64,000 nucleotides of DNA. Origin: a candidate division FCPU426 bacterium. Its GTDB lineage: Bacteria > Oederibacteriota > Muellerivitia > Muellerivitales > Muellerivitaceae. The notes under the pieces were generated by a model, which ran no database searches, had not been told where the DNA came from, and was given only the letters and a program-made list of their open reading frames with translations. Made by a program: the position numbers and the translations under genes. Where the stretch lies: assembly GCA_963771075.1 (NCBI GenBank), contig CAVYSE010000023.1:1-64000 (forward strand), read 5' to 3'. Shown here in pieces: positions 1 to 10,030 of the stretch (position 1 is its first letter; every line of letters starts with the position of its first letter).

Positions 1-300
1 GCTCATTTCACCGGTTGGACGGGCGGCCTCTTTGTTTGTACCCTCAAGTTCACTTCCTCCACCGTCTATATCGACGCCACCCAACAGGCCGTGGAAACAT
101 CCGATATCGTCGGAGGATTGGTGAAGGCGCTGGTTTTCGGCAGTATCATCGCGGTGGTTTCATGCCGGCAGGGATTCAACACGACCAACGGGGCGGAAGG
201 CGTGGGCCGCGCCACGACCAACGCGGTGGTCTATTCCTTCATGTCCATTTTGGTGTCGGACTACTTCCTGACGGCCATCTTGACCACCCTGAAAATATAG
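1..300 (+). CDS. mlaE: MlaE-family ABC permease, 3' part (runs off window start)
   Basis: Frame open from base 1; C-terminal motif GLVKALVFGSIIAVVSCRQG...GAEGVGRATTNAVV typical of MlaE; directly upstream of mlaF and mlaD homologues. Confidence 0.9.
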   Translation, partial: AHFTGWTGGLFVCTLKFTSSTVYIDATQQAVETSDIVGGLVKALVFGSIIAVVSCRQGFNTTNGAEGVGRATTNAVVYSFMSILVSDYFLTAILTTLKI

Positions 301-307
301 GAATTCC

Positions 308-1066
308 ATGGTTCCCGTCATCCAACTTAAAAAAGTCTCCAAGCGATTCGGCAAGTTCGTGGTCTTGAACGAAATGGACCTGGAGGTTTTCCCCGGGGAG
401 ACCCTGGTCATCATCGGGCGCTCCGGGGTGGGGAAGAGCACCATCCTGAAGCACATCTCGGGGCTGATGACCCCCGATTCGGGGGAAGTGTGGGTGGAAG
501 GCCAGAAAATTGAACGCATGGCCGAAAACGAGCTCAACGAAATGCGGAAGAAAATGGGAGTGGTGTTCCAGGGAGCGGCCCTGTTCGATTCATTGACCGT
601 GTTCGAGAACGTGGCTTTCCGCCTATTGCGGGATTTCGAGATGCCCCGCGAAAAGGCCATGGAAGTTTGCCGCCAAAAACTGGAACTGGTGGGCCTCCAG
701 GACGAGGTGGCCTTCCGCAAACCTTCCCAACTCTCGGGCGGCATGCGCAAGCGGGTGGGGCTGGCCCGCGCGATCGCCGTCGACCCGGAGATCATCCTTT
801 ACGATGAACCCACTTCCGGGTTGGACCCGGTGACTTCCGAAGCCATCAACGAGTTGATCTTGGACATGCAACGGAAGCTCTCCGTAACCTCCATCGTGGT
901 TACCCACGATATGCAAAGCGCCTACAAGGTGGCGAACCGGATAGCCATGATATATGATGGAAAAATCATCGGTTTGGGGTCCCCGGAGGAAATCCGCAAG
1001 AGCCCAAACCCCTACATCCGGCAGTTCGTGACGGGCAGCGTGCAGGGGCCGATGCCCATCCGGTAA
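308..1066 (+). CDS. mlaF: MlaF/Mkl-family ABC ATP-binding protein
   Basis: Walker A GRSGVGKS, FQGAALFDSLTVFENVAF, LSGGMRKRVGLARA, YDEPTSGLDP, VVTHD. Confidence 0.93.
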   Translation: MVPVIQLKKVSKRFGKFVVLNEMDLEVFPGETLVIIGRSGVGKSTILKHISGLMTPDSGEVWVEGQKIERMAENELNEMRKKMGVVFQGAALFDSLTVFENVAFRLLRDFEMPREKAMEVCRQKLELVGLQDEVAFRKPSQLSGGMRKRVGLARAIAVDPEIILYDEPTSGLDPVTSEAINELILDMQRKLSVTSIVVTHDMQSAYKVANRIAMIYDGKIIGLGSPEEIRKSPNPYIRQFVTGSVQGPMPIR

Positions 1067-1081
1067 AGAACACAAATATTC

Positions 1082-1193
1082 ACCACGGAGACACAGAGGC
1101 ACAGAGTTAAAGACATTGAAGGCCTCCCCATTGCCTTTTTTGCTTTTTCGAAATCAATAAAGATTTTTTTCTGTGTCTCCGTGCCTCTGTGGT
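1082..1193. repeat. Imperfect intergenic inverted repeat built from 8-bp CAC(A/G)GAG(A/G) units (REP-like)
   Basis: Left arm accacggagacacagaggcacaga; right arm tctgtgtctccgtgcctctgtggt; AT-rich spacer. Confidence 0.7.
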
Positions 1194-1236
1194 TAAAGAT
1201 GTTTTTGCAAGCCGCTAAGCCTTAAACGGGGAGAAC

Positions 1237-2112
1237 ATGGAAGATTCCCAACCTTCAATCGCGTCCGAAGAGTTCAAGGTGGGTCTCATGGTGGTGACCG
1301 CCGGCATCGGGCTCATGATCGCCATCCTCTTCGTGAACAATTTCCATTTCGCGGCTTCGGGTTATATCGCCCGCGCGAGGTTCAATTTCCTGGGGGACCT
1401 TAAGTCCAACGCGCCGGTGGAATACGCCGGTGGCATCAAGGTGGGAGCGGTCGAGGCCATCCATATCGATGGGGGCCAGGCGGTGGTGGACCTGCGTATC
1501 ACCGAGCCCCATTTCCAGTTGCGCCGGGATTCCCAAGTGGCCATTTACAGCGCGGGGCTCCTGGGCTCACGCTACGTCCAGATAGCGGCGGACCTGGGCA
1601 AGGGAGATCCGCTGAAAGACGAGGATATCCTGACCGGAGAGGACGCCAACAACCTGGACCGAACCTTCAGCCAGCTGGGCGACGTGCTGGAGGTTTTTGA
1701 GCGGATGTTGGGCGACCCCCAGGCCAAGGAAAATTTCCTCAAGACCTTCGAGAACATGAACAAGACCACCGAGAATCTTTTGGCCCTCTCCGAAACCAGC
1801 CGGAAAAAGGTGGAGCGGATCCTGGACAGCTTGGGGAATTCCAGCGGCAAAGCCGACAAAATCATCAGCAGCGTCGAAAGCGTGGCCAAGAGCCTGGATA
1901 CCCTGGCGACCACCCTGGACAAGAAGCAGGTCCAGGAATCGGTCAAGAACCTCAATTCCACCCTCAGGACCATGAACCAATTGGCCCAGAACATCCAGAA
2001 TGGCCAGGGCACCCTGGGCCTGCTCATCTCCGACCAGAAGACGGCCGACGACATCCGGGACATGGTCTCCGACCTGAAGGCCCACCCCTGGCGCTTGCTG
2101 TGGAAAAAATAA
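1237..2112 (+). CDS. mlaD: MlaD/MCE-domain protein with helical C-terminal extension
   Basis: N-terminal TM (EFKVGLMVV), MCE motifs L..NAPVEYAGGIKVGAV and GLLGSRYVQI, helical tail GTLGLLISD...HPWRLL. Confidence 0.88.
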   Translation: MEDSQPSIASEEFKVGLMVVTAGIGLMIAILFVNNFHFAASGYIARARFNFLGDLKSNAPVEYAGGIKVGAVEAIHIDGGQAVVDLRITEPHFQLRRDSQVAIYSAGLLGSRYVQIAADLGKGDPLKDEDILTGEDANNLDRTFSQLGDVLEVFERMLGDPQAKENFLKTFENMNKTTENLLALSETSRKKVERILDSLGNSSGKADKIISSVESVAKSLDTLATTLDKKQVQESVKNLNSTLRTMNQLAQNIQNGQGTLGLLISDQKTADDIRDMVSDLKAHPWRLLWKK

Positions 2113-2271
2113 TGACGCCCATTTGCCTGTGACATCCTTTTGAATCGAATCGGTATATCCCTTTTTTGTAAATCCAAGGATTCCTGCCCCTTTGGGGCCC
2201 TACCTTTTGTTGTGGGCGTCAATGGTTTCGGATAGAGTATGGCCCGTTGAAAACCTTTCTGGAGGGTAAGA

Positions 2272-2967
2272 ATGAATTTTAAGTTCAAGTCTTTGATCCT
2301 GATCCTGGGGCTCGTGTCATCCGTTGCTTTAACCAAAGCAGCCGCCTTTGAGGGCGTTTTGGATTATCACATTACCACCGGCGATCATCAAATCGACGTC
2401 GAGTATTTAATCAAGGGGCATAAACTGCGTTTCAACGGAAGCGAGAAGATGCAAAACGCCGCTGGTATCATGGATATGGATAGTAAAACCATGACCCTAC
2501 TGATGCCCAAACAAAAGATGTTCATGAAGAATCAGTTAACGGATTACAAAAAATTAGGGGATAAGGCGCAGGGAAAGTTCTCCGATACGGGCCGGAGCGA
2601 TACCATCCTCGGTTATACCTGCGAGGAATATCTTTACCAAACCAAGACGGGCGAGGCGCATGTTTGGCTGGCGTCCAATCTGGGTGTTTTCGCAGGCTTG
2701 GGCGGAAAGGCCGACGCCATGGATTCCTGGGTGAAAGTTGCCCAGGAAAAGGGTCTTTTCCCTTTGAAGTCGGTTTATAAAGACCAAAATGGAAAAGAAA
2801 AGTCCACCATGACGGCTACCAAGGTTTCAAAGCAGTCGGTGGATGACAGCAACTTCCAGGTTCCCGCCGATTACAAGGAAATGAAAATGCCGAATGTCGA
2901 TATGGGGCAATTGGCTCCGAAGGCGGGCGATATTCAGATGCCCAAAGTCAAAATCCCCGGATTTTAA
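2272..2967 (+). CDS. Secreted DUF4412-like protein
   Basis: Signal peptide ending AAA-FEG; TGRSDTILGYTCEEY, VWLA, GLFPLK, FQVPADYKEM motifs resemble DUF4412. Confidence 0.65.
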   Translation: MNFKFKSLILILGLVSSVALTKAAAFEGVLDYHITTGDHQIDVEYLIKGHKLRFNGSEKMQNAAGIMDMDSKTMTLLMPKQKMFMKNQLTDYKKLGDKAQGKFSDTGRSDTILGYTCEEYLYQTKTGEAHVWLASNLGVFAGLGGKADAMDSWVKVAQEKGLFPLKSVYKDQNGKEKSTMTATKVSKQSVDDSNFQVPADYKEMKMPNVDMGQLAPKAGDIQMPKVKIPGF

Positions 2968-2986
2968 AAGGAAAAGAGGAGGCTTT

Positions 2987-3313
2987 ATGGTCACGCACAA
3001 GATTATTGGATATTTGCTCACGATGGCGGTGGGCTATTGGGTCCTGACTCACGCCGAAAAACAGGCGGGATTGACTCAAAAGATCGGCAAGGTGATCGGT
3101 TGGATCATACTGATCGTTTCCTTATCCGGACCCCTTTGCATCGCGGGTTCCTGCCTGATGGGCCATTGTGGAACGGATCATTGCTGTTCCATGTCGCCGC
3201 AGGGTTGCTGTGAGGATCAGGAAAAGATGAAGGGCGGATGTCCCATGGGGGACATGGGAAAGATGGAAGGCGACACGTCCACATCGACTAACCAGGCCGC
3301 TAAGAAAAAGTAA
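2987..3313 (+). CDS. Small two-TM membrane protein with Cys/Met/His-rich C-terminal tail
   Basis: Strong RBS GAGGAGG before ATG 2987; two hydrophobic segments; followed by terminator. Confidence 0.7.
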   Translation: MVTHKIIGYLLTMAVGYWVLTHAEKQAGLTQKIGKVIGWIILIVSLSGPLCIAGSCLMGHCGTDHCCSMSPQGCCEDQEKMKGGCPMGDMGKMEGDTSTSTNQAAKKK

Positions 3314-3320
3314 TTTTTCA

Positions 3321-3358
3321 AAACAAAAAGGCTCCAGGAAACCGGAGCCTTTTTGTTT
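3321..3358. terminator. Rho-independent terminator (bidirectional type)
   Basis: aaacaaaaaggctcc-aggaaacc-ggagcctttttgttt. Confidence 0.85.
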
Positions 3359-3385
3359 GGCAAGGAAGGTATACAAGTGTATAAT
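3357..3385 (+). promoter_or_regulatory. sigma70-type promoter for radA
   Basis: TTGGCA-17bp-TATAAT overlapping the upstream terminator. Confidence 0.6.
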
Positions 3386-3413
3386 CTTCAAAAGTTCCGA
3401 AATGAGGCGCCCT

Positions 3414-4808
3414 TTGCCAAAAACCAAAACCCAATTTGTTTGCAAGAACTGCGGGGCTAAATCCTACAAATGGCAGGGCAAATGCAACCTCTGCGGGGAA
3501 TGGAACAGTTTCGTTGAGGAAAGCATCGATCGGGTCAAAACGGAGGAAAGGGGCCGGAAATTGGCCTCGTCCTCCGGGCCTGTGGATCCCCTCTCCTTGA
3601 TGGATATCGAAGTTTCCGACGGGTTTCGGCTGGAAACGGGCCTTCAAGAGTTTGACCGGGTTTTGGGGGGCGGTATCGTACCGGGGGAAACGGTCATGAT
3701 CGGGGGGGACCCGGGTATCGGAAAGTCCACCCTGCTTCTCCAGGTCGTGGACCGGTTGTCGCGCCTGCCGCAATCGCAAAAAGGAAAGTGCCTCTACGTG
3801 ACGGGCGAGGAATCGGCCCAGCAGATCAAACTCCGGGCCGACCGGTTGGGCATCCGGTCCAACAACCTCTATATTTATCCAGAAACCGACGTAATGGCCA
3901 TCCTGGACCAAATTGAGAAGACCCGCCCGGTCATGACGGTGATCGATTCCATCCAAACCCTTTTTCTCTCGGATATCTCCTCCGCGCCAGGCAGTGTTTC
4001 CCAGGTGAGGGAATCGGCGGCCCGCCTGACTTATCTCGCCAAGCGGGAAAAACTTCCCCTTTTTCTCATCGGACACGTAACCAAGGAGGGAAGCATCGCG
4101 GGGCCCATGACCCTGGAACATATGGTGGACGCGGTGCTTTATTTTGAGGGAGACCTTCGCCGCCAATACCGGTTGCTTCGGGCGGTCAAGAATCGCTTCG
4201 GGAGCACGCAGGAAATCGGAATCTTCGAGATGAAGGAAGACGGCCTGGCCGAGGTGGACGACGCCTCGAAAGCCTTTTTAGAGGACCATTTCACCCATAG
4301 CTCGGGTTCGGTGATTACGGCGAGTTTGGAAGGGAGCCGGCCCCTTTTGTTGGAGGTGCAGGCCCTGGTGAGCCCCGCGAATTTCGGGGTGCCCCAGCGC
4401 CGGTGTTCGGGGATAGACCCCAACCGGCTCGCGCTTCTTTTAGCCATTTTGGAAAAGAGGGTCGGGTTGGCCATCTCCTCCCAGGATGTGTTCATGAACG
4501 TGGCGGGCGGCATAAGGGTGGTGGAACCTTCCATCGACCTTTCCGCCGCGGTGGCGGCGGCTTCCTCTTTCCGTGAAATACCGGTGCCCGCGGATGTGCT
4601 CGTGCTGGGGGAGTTGGGTTTATCCGGCGAGGTGCGGGCGGTTTCCCAAATCGGCTCCCGGCTGGCCGAGGCGGCCCGACTGGGTTTTAAGCAGGCGGTG
4701 ATCCCCCAAGGAAACCTCAAGGCAGTTTCACTCCTTCCGGATTCCACCCTGGAAATATTACCCGTCAAGACCTTGGCCGAGGCCATCGGCATCCTGGTGC
4801 CCCGATAA
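3414..4808 (+). CDS. radA: DNA repair protein RadA/Sms (start TTG 3414 or ATG 3402)
   Basis: Zn finger CKNC..KWQGKCNLCGEWN, GDPGIGKSTLLLQ, KNRFG motif, Lon-like C-terminus. Confidence 0.97.
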   Translation: MPKTKTQFVCKNCGAKSYKWQGKCNLCGEWNSFVEESIDRVKTEERGRKLASSSGPVDPLSLMDIEVSDGFRLETGLQEFDRVLGGGIVPGETVMIGGDPGIGKSTLLLQVVDRLSRLPQSQKGKCLYVTGEESAQQIKLRADRLGIRSNNLYIYPETDVMAILDQIEKTRPVMTVIDSIQTLFLSDISSAPGSVSQVRESAARLTYLAKREKLPLFLIGHVTKEGSIAGPMTLEHMVDAVLYFEGDLRRQYRLLRAVKNRFGSTQEIGIFEMKEDGLAEVDDASKAFLEDHFTHSSGSVITASLEGSRPLLLEVQALVSPANFGVPQRRCSGIDPNRLALLLAILEKRVGLAISSQDVFMNVAGGIRVVEPSIDLSAAVAAASSFREIPVPADVLVLGELGLSGEVRAVSQIGSRLAEAARLGFKQAVIPQGNLKAVSLLPDSTLEILPVKTLAEAIGILVPR

Positions 4809-4931
4809 TCCTCTAAACGGGACTTCACCCACTTCCCTTTTAATTAGGATAGGGCTTTAAAACCCTCAATCTTTTGTTTGTGAACGGGGATGGTTCATCG
4901 GGTATCGTGTTCCCATCCCTAGGAGAACCAG

Positions 4932-6383
4932 ATGGACCTGACCCCACCCAAAGAAAAGGGCTATTTTTCAACCCCGAGGCAAGAGGCCTTCCTTCTGGGT
5001 TTGATGGCGCTTGTCACGTTGGTCTATACCTTTTTGTCCTGCGTCCGGCAATGGAGGTTCGCCACGGGTGGGTGGGATATGGGGACCTTTGATCAGATCG
5101 CTTGGCAATGGAGCCGGGGCCTTCCCCCTTCCTCCACGCTTCTTCACCTTTCAAACAGCCTGGGAGACCATTTCAACCCGATTTTGATATTGGCGGCTCC
5201 CTTTTACTGGGTTCTTGGACGGCCGGAAGTTCTTTTCTTCATCCAGGCTTTTTGCGTGGCCTTGGGCCTTTTGCCGGTCTATCGTTTTGCCTGCCGCAGG
5301 CTGGGCCAGGATTCCGCCTTCCTTTGGGCTTGCGCCTATCCACTCTTCTGGGGGCTGCAAAACGCCCTCGGATATGATTTTCACCCGGACCTTTTTGCCG
5401 TTCCCATGATCGCTTTCGCCGTCGATTTTGCAGATGAGGGTAAAAACCTGGAATCCTTCATCGCTTTGGCCCTGCTTTTAACAGTGAAGGAGGACCTGGG
5501 GCTGTTAATCGCCGGTTTTGGCCTTTATCTCTTTTTCCTGGACAGATGGAAATGGGGATTTCTTTGCCTGGGTTTCGGTTTGTGCGCGTTTTTCTTCGAA
5601 GTGGGCTATTTGGTGCCACACTTGCGTGGAACATCCGCCTATCCCCATTGGCCCTATGCGGAAATTGGGGCAAGCCCTTTGGAGGCCTTTGGGAATGTGA
5701 TCCGCCATCCACTCCGGGTATTCCAATCCGTTTTTTTTAATTTAGAAAAGGTCCAGACAATGGCCTGCACCTTCGCGGCCTGTGCTTTTTTGATTTTTCT
5801 TTCGCCCCTTTTCGTGGTGACCCTTCCCCTACTGGCGGAACGGATGCTTTCTTCGGTCGAATCGATCTATTCCATGGGCTATCATTATTCCGCGATCCTG
5901 GGCCCTCTCTTGATGATGGGCGGGGCGGACGGCCTTTATCGATGGGCCCTTCGATGGTCAAGCGAAACCCAAAGAAGAAAATGGGTCAAAACCCTTTCTT
6001 GGATCGTTCTTTCGTTGAATTTAGCCACGGTTCCGATTTTTCCCTTGAGGGACCTTTTCCGCGCCAAGTTTTACGATTCCACACCTGTGATTGTGGCGGG
6101 ACACAAAATGCTTTCCCTGATCCCGGCCTCTGCCACCGTCGTGGCACAGGACACCATCGTGCCCCACCTCTCCCACCGGGTGAATGTGTTCATGATCGAT
6201 AAGGACAGCTTGGATTTGGATTGCGATTATTTTGCCGCCTGCCGGTTCCTGCCCGCCTGGCCCCTGGATCGTTATGAACCCATTGAGATAAATATTGAGG
6301 AGAAAATCAAACAAGGCTATTTGAAAGTTTTTGAGGGAGAGGGTTGGGTACTGCTCAAAAATGGAAAGCGGACATTCGAATAA
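4932..6383 (+). CDS. DUF2079-like polytopic membrane protein (probable GT-C glycosyltransferase)
   Basis: WDMGTFDQ, LGDHFNPIL, YDFHPD, VKED, YHYSA, IVPHLSHR motifs; many TM segments. Confidence 0.75.
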   Translation: MDLTPPKEKGYFSTPRQEAFLLGLMALVTLVYTFLSCVRQWRFATGGWDMGTFDQIAWQWSRGLPPSSTLLHLSNSLGDHFNPILILAAPFYWVLGRPEVLFFIQAFCVALGLLPVYRFACRRLGQDSAFLWACAYPLFWGLQNALGYDFHPDLFAVPMIAFAVDFADEGKNLESFIALALLLTVKEDLGLLIAGFGLYLFFLDRWKWGFLCLGFGLCAFFFEVGYLVPHLRGTSAYPHWPYAEIGASPLEAFGNVIRHPLRVFQSVFFNLEKVQTMACTFAACAFLIFLSPLFVVTLPLLAERMLSSVESIYSMGYHYSAILGPLLMMGGADGLYRWALRWSSETQRRKWVKTLSWIVLSLNLATVPIFPLRDLFRAKFYDSTPVIVAGHKMLSLIPASATVVAQDTIVPHLSHRVNVFMIDKDSLDLDCDYFAACRFLPAWPLDRYEPIEINIEEKIKQGYLKVFEGEGWVLLKNGKRTFE

Positions 6384-6524
6384 CATTCAAGTGCGGCATC
6401 CACTTTAGGCCCCGCGAATTTAACGGTAACGTTAAAATAGTATTTAAGGCTGAAAGGAAGAGGGTTTCCTAACGACACCGGTTTTATGGAAAGAACCTTT
6501 TCCTTTTGTTAAACTGCAAGCCTC

Positions 6525-7241
6525 ATGAAAAAAATGAAACCCCCCAAAATTACCTCCTGGGCCGTCTTGATCGTGGCGGCAGGCCAATCCACCCGGCTCA
6601 AGGCGAAAGTCCCCAAGCCGTTCCTGTATGTCGATCATCGGCGCACCCTTCTCGATCTTTGCCTGGAGTCTTTCTCAAAGGTACCCGGCCTTTCCTATGT
6701 CGTGGTCGCGACGCGCGAAAATTACATGGAACGGGCGATCCAAGCCATCTACCGGTTCAAATTGACGGGCCTTGTTACCAAGGGCGGAAAAGAGCGCGAG
6801 GATTCGGTCCGGGAGGGCTTGAAGGTCATGCCCCGAGGCATTCGGTACGTTTTGGTTCATGACGCGGCCCGGCCCCTGGTGAGTCCCGAGGTCATCCGAC
6901 GGGTTTTGGAAGCCACGGCTTCCGCTGGGGCGGCGATTCCCGTTGTTCCGGTTCGGGATACGCTTAAAACCGTGGTGGGGAACCGCATTGAGAAGACCCT
7001 GGATCGCCGGCATATAAGGGCCGTACAAACCCCCCAGGGATTCAAGCTGCCGCTTTTGAATAAAGCATTCCGGAAATTAGGCCGCCGGGCCTCCCGGCAA
7101 ACGGATGACGCCGCGGTGATGGAAGCCGCTGGTTTCAAGGTTCGGACCGTGGAGGGGGATGAATTAAATTTCAAAATCACGACCGCCTATGATCTCCAGA
7201 GGGTCAAGGATCTGGTTTGGCGCAGCTCCGAGGGCCGGTAA
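6525..7241 (+). CDS. ispD: 2-C-methyl-D-erythritol 4-phosphate cytidylyltransferase
   Basis: AAGQSTRL..PK, GG.ER.DSV, VLVHDAARP, QTPQGF, TDDA, KITT. Confidence 0.95.
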   Translation: MKKMKPPKITSWAVLIVAAGQSTRLKAKVPKPFLYVDHRRTLLDLCLESFSKVPGLSYVVVATRENYMERAIQAIYRFKLTGLVTKGGKEREDSVREGLKVMPRGIRYVLVHDAARPLVSPEVIRRVLEATASAGAAIPVVPVRDTLKTVVGNRIEKTLDRRHIRAVQTPQGFKLPLLNKAFRKLGRRASRQTDDAAVMEAAGFKVRTVEGDELNFKITTAYDLQRVKDLVWRSSEGR

Positions 7242-7380
7242 ACAGGCTTCTTTTTTCCCTAAATTTTCCTTCTTTAAATATACTTTTCCTTTCCGGCCAA
7301 GCCGATAGGCGCCGGATTTGATAAACTATGCGGCCCTTTGGGGCGAATGTCTTTTAAGTTAGATATTAGGAGCCTGTCAC

Positions 7381-7866
7381 TTGAGCTATCGCATTGGAAC
7401 GGGATATGACGCCCATGCTTTTGTTGAGGGGAGACCCCTGATCCTAGGGGGGGTAACCGTCCCCCATTCCAAGGGCTTGATGGGCCATTCGGACGCCGAC
7501 GCCCTCTCCCATGCCCTTTGCGACGCGCTTTTAGGAGCCGCTGCCTTGGGCACGATCGGGCAATATTTTCCCGACTCAGACCCGAAATGGAAAGGGGCCG
7601 ACAGCCTGTTGCTTCTCCAGGAATGCGGCCGGATGGCCAAAACAAAGGGGTGGGTGGTCAGCAACATGGACGCCACGATTGTTTGTCAAAAACCCAAATT
7701 GTCCCCTTACTTGGTCTCAATGGCCCGTTTGATCGAGGAGACGCTTGAACTTAATCCGGATAGCGTCAATGTGAAGGCCAAAACCACCGAGGGGATGGGT
7801 TTTGAAGGCAGGGAGGAGGGGCTCTCCGTTCAGGCGGTCGTCCTCTTGGAAAGAATAAAGGAATAA
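7381..7866 (+). CDS. ispF: 2-C-methyl-D-erythritol 2,4-cyclodiphosphate synthase
   Basis: RIGTGYDAH, GHSDAD, VKAKTTEGMGFEGREEG. Confidence 0.96.
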   Translation: MSYRIGTGYDAHAFVEGRPLILGGVTVPHSKGLMGHSDADALSHALCDALLGAAALGTIGQYFPDSDPKWKGADSLLLLQECGRMAKTKGWVVSNMDATIVCQKPKLSPYLVSMARLIEETLELNPDSVNVKAKTTEGMGFEGREEGLSVQAVVLLERIKE

Positions 7867-7868
7867 TC

Positions 7869-9329
7869 ATGTCCGACAAGGTCCGGGTCCGTTTCGCGCC
7901 CAGCCCCACGGGTGATCTTCACCTGGGGAACGTCCGTACGGCCCTCTACAATTGGCTTTACGCCCGTCATACCGGGGGAGTTTTCATTCTGCGCGTCGAG
8001 GATACGGACAAGGCCCGTTCCACCGATACGGCCTGCGAAAACCTTTTGGATATCATGAATTGGCTGGGCCTCAAGTGGGACGAGGGCCCGAGAGTGGGTG
8101 GTCCGCATGCGCCCTATAAACAATCCGAACGTACCTCCTTTTATGAGGGGTATCTCCAAAAACTGAGGGATTCGGGCAAGGTTTATCCCTGCTATTGCAC
8201 CGAGGAAGAATTGGAGTTGGAGCGTAAACGCCAATTGGGCCGGGGCCATATGCCTAAATACGGGGGCAAGTGCAAGAAGTTGACGGCGGATGAGATCAAG
8301 GCCAGGGACGACAAGGGCATCCCCTCGGTCCTTCGGTTCATCGTTCCCCCGGGGGAAATCGTGGTTCAGGACGAGGTGCGGGGTGAGGTAACTTTTCCTG
8401 ACGACCAGATCGGCGATTTTGTCCTGACCCGGTCCGACAAAAGCCCCACCTACAACTTCACCGTGGTGGTGGATGACGCTTTGATGGAAGTGACCCACGT
8501 CATCCGGGGCGAAGACCATCTATCCAATACCCCCAAGCAGATTCTGTTATACCAGGCTTTGGGGTTTAAGGTTCCAAAGTTCGCGCATCTTTCCATCATT
8601 AAGGGTCCGGATGGGCAAAAACTCTCCAAACGACATGGGGAAACCAGCGTGGAAAGCTACAAGGCCAAAGGCTATCTGCCGGAAGCTTTTCTTAATTACC
8701 TGGCTTTGTTGGGATGGGCGCCCAAGATCGGGGAGATACTTTCACTGGAACAAATGGCGACTGAGTTCGACCTGACCCATGTGGGCAAGAGCGGGGCGAT
8801 CTTCGACCCGGTCAAGCTGCATTGGATGGGCATGCAATATCTCGCGAAAGAAAAATATTCCTTGGATGAACTGACCCGAGCCCTATTGCCTTACCTGCAG
8901 AATGCCCAATACATCACAAGGGAAGAGGCGCGGGTAAAATTCGAATGGCTCAAGACCGTGGTGGACGCGGTTCGTACCAACCTAGGCTGTTTTTCGGATA
9001 TCGTAAAGGAAACCTTTTATTTCTTCTCGGATGAGCTGCATTTCGACCCAACGCTGACGGAAGAAATGAAGGCCCAAAAGCCGCTTTTGGAAATTTTTGA
9101 GAACGACTTCAAGGAATTTTCGGGTGAATTGACGGGCGAACAATTCTTAAAAATCGTGAAAGAAGTGGGTAAAAAAACGAATATCAAGGGAAAGAACCTA
9201 TACCATCCCTTACGTTTGGCGCTGACCGGCCGGGAAGACGGACCGGAATTGGTTAAGATTGGTCCGCTTTTGGGTCAAAGCAAGATTGTCGAGCGGATTT
9301 CTGTTTGGACTAAGGGCGAGGTCAAGTAA
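7869..9329 (+). CDS. gltX: Glutamate--tRNA ligase
   Basis: RFAPSPTGDLHLGN, RVEDTD, IRGEDHLSNT, KLSKR. Confidence 0.97.
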   Translation: MSDKVRVRFAPSPTGDLHLGNVRTALYNWLYARHTGGVFILRVEDTDKARSTDTACENLLDIMNWLGLKWDEGPRVGGPHAPYKQSERTSFYEGYLQKLRDSGKVYPCYCTEEELELERKRQLGRGHMPKYGGKCKKLTADEIKARDDKGIPSVLRFIVPPGEIVVQDEVRGEVTFPDDQIGDFVLTRSDKSPTYNFTVVVDDALMEVTHVIRGEDHLSNTPKQILLYQALGFKVPKFAHLSIIKGPDGQKLSKRHGETSVESYKAKGYLPEAFLNYLALLGWAPKIGEILSLEQMATEFDLTHVGKSGAIFDPVKLHWMGMQYLAKEKYSLDELTRALLPYLQNAQYITREEARVKFEWLKTVVDAVRTNLGCFSDIVKETFYFFSDELHFDPTLTEEMKAQKPLLEIFENDFKEFSGELTGEQFLKIVKEVGKKTNIKGKNLYHPLRLALTGREDGPELVKIGPLLGQSKIVERISVWTKGEVK

Positions 9330-9349
9330 CCTCTTAAAAAGGTGTGGTT

Positions 9350-9979
9350 ATGCTTCGATATTTCAAATCTATTTTGGACCGGGACCCCGCCGCCCGCTGG
9401 TGGGAACTGCCCCTTTACCCCTGCGTTTACGCCATGTTTTACCATCGCATCGCGCACGCCTTGTGGGTGATCCGGGTTCCCTTTATTCCCAGGCTCATCT
9501 CACAGATCTCACGCTCCTTGACGGGCATTGAGATCCATCCGGGCGCCCGGATAGGCAAGTTCTTTTTTATCGACCACGGAATGGGAACGGTCATCGGGGA
9601 AACCTGCGAAATCGGCGATAATGTGACCCTGTTTCAACAAGTGACCTTGGGCGGAACCGGAAAAGAAAAGGGAAAGCGCCACCCAACCTTAATGGACCAT
9701 GTGGTCGTTGCGACAGGCGCCAAGGTCTTGGGAAATATCGTGATTGGCGAATACTCCAAAGTGGGCGCTAACTCGGTGGTTCTTACGGACGTTCCTTCCC
9801 ATTCCACAGTCGTCGGAGTGCCTGGCCGGATCGTGCGGTTGAGGGGCAGCAAGGACGCGGCGGGAGAATTGGACCATAACAAGCTTCCCGATCCTCTCCT
9901 ACGCCGCCTCGAGCATCTTGAGAAAGAGTTGGCTAGGTATTCAGGCTCCTACACGCCGGTTACAAGAAGGAAAAAATAA
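9350..9979 (+). CDS. cysE: Serine O-acetyltransferase
   Basis: [39 protein letters not shown]. Confidence 0.96.
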   Translation: MLRYFKSILDRDPAARWWELPLYPCVYAMFYHRIAHALWVIRVPFIPRLISQISRSLTGIEIHPGARIGKFFFIDHGMGTVIGETCEIGDNVTLFQQVTLGGTGKEKGKRHPTLMDHVVVATGAKVLGNIVIGEYSKVGANSVVLTDVPSHSTVVGVPGRIVRLRGSKDAAGELDHNKLPDPLLRRLEHLEKELARYSGSYTPVTRRKK

Positions 9980-10030
9980 TCTTCCGCCTGTTTTTTGATG
10001 CGATCCATTTTGATCCCGAGGTTTAGCAAG

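Noticed and set aside
6419..6436. Palindrome tttaacg-gtaa-cgttaaa upstream of ispD
   Set aside because: Single short AT-rich inverted repeat with no second copy noticed; cannot be distinguished from chance
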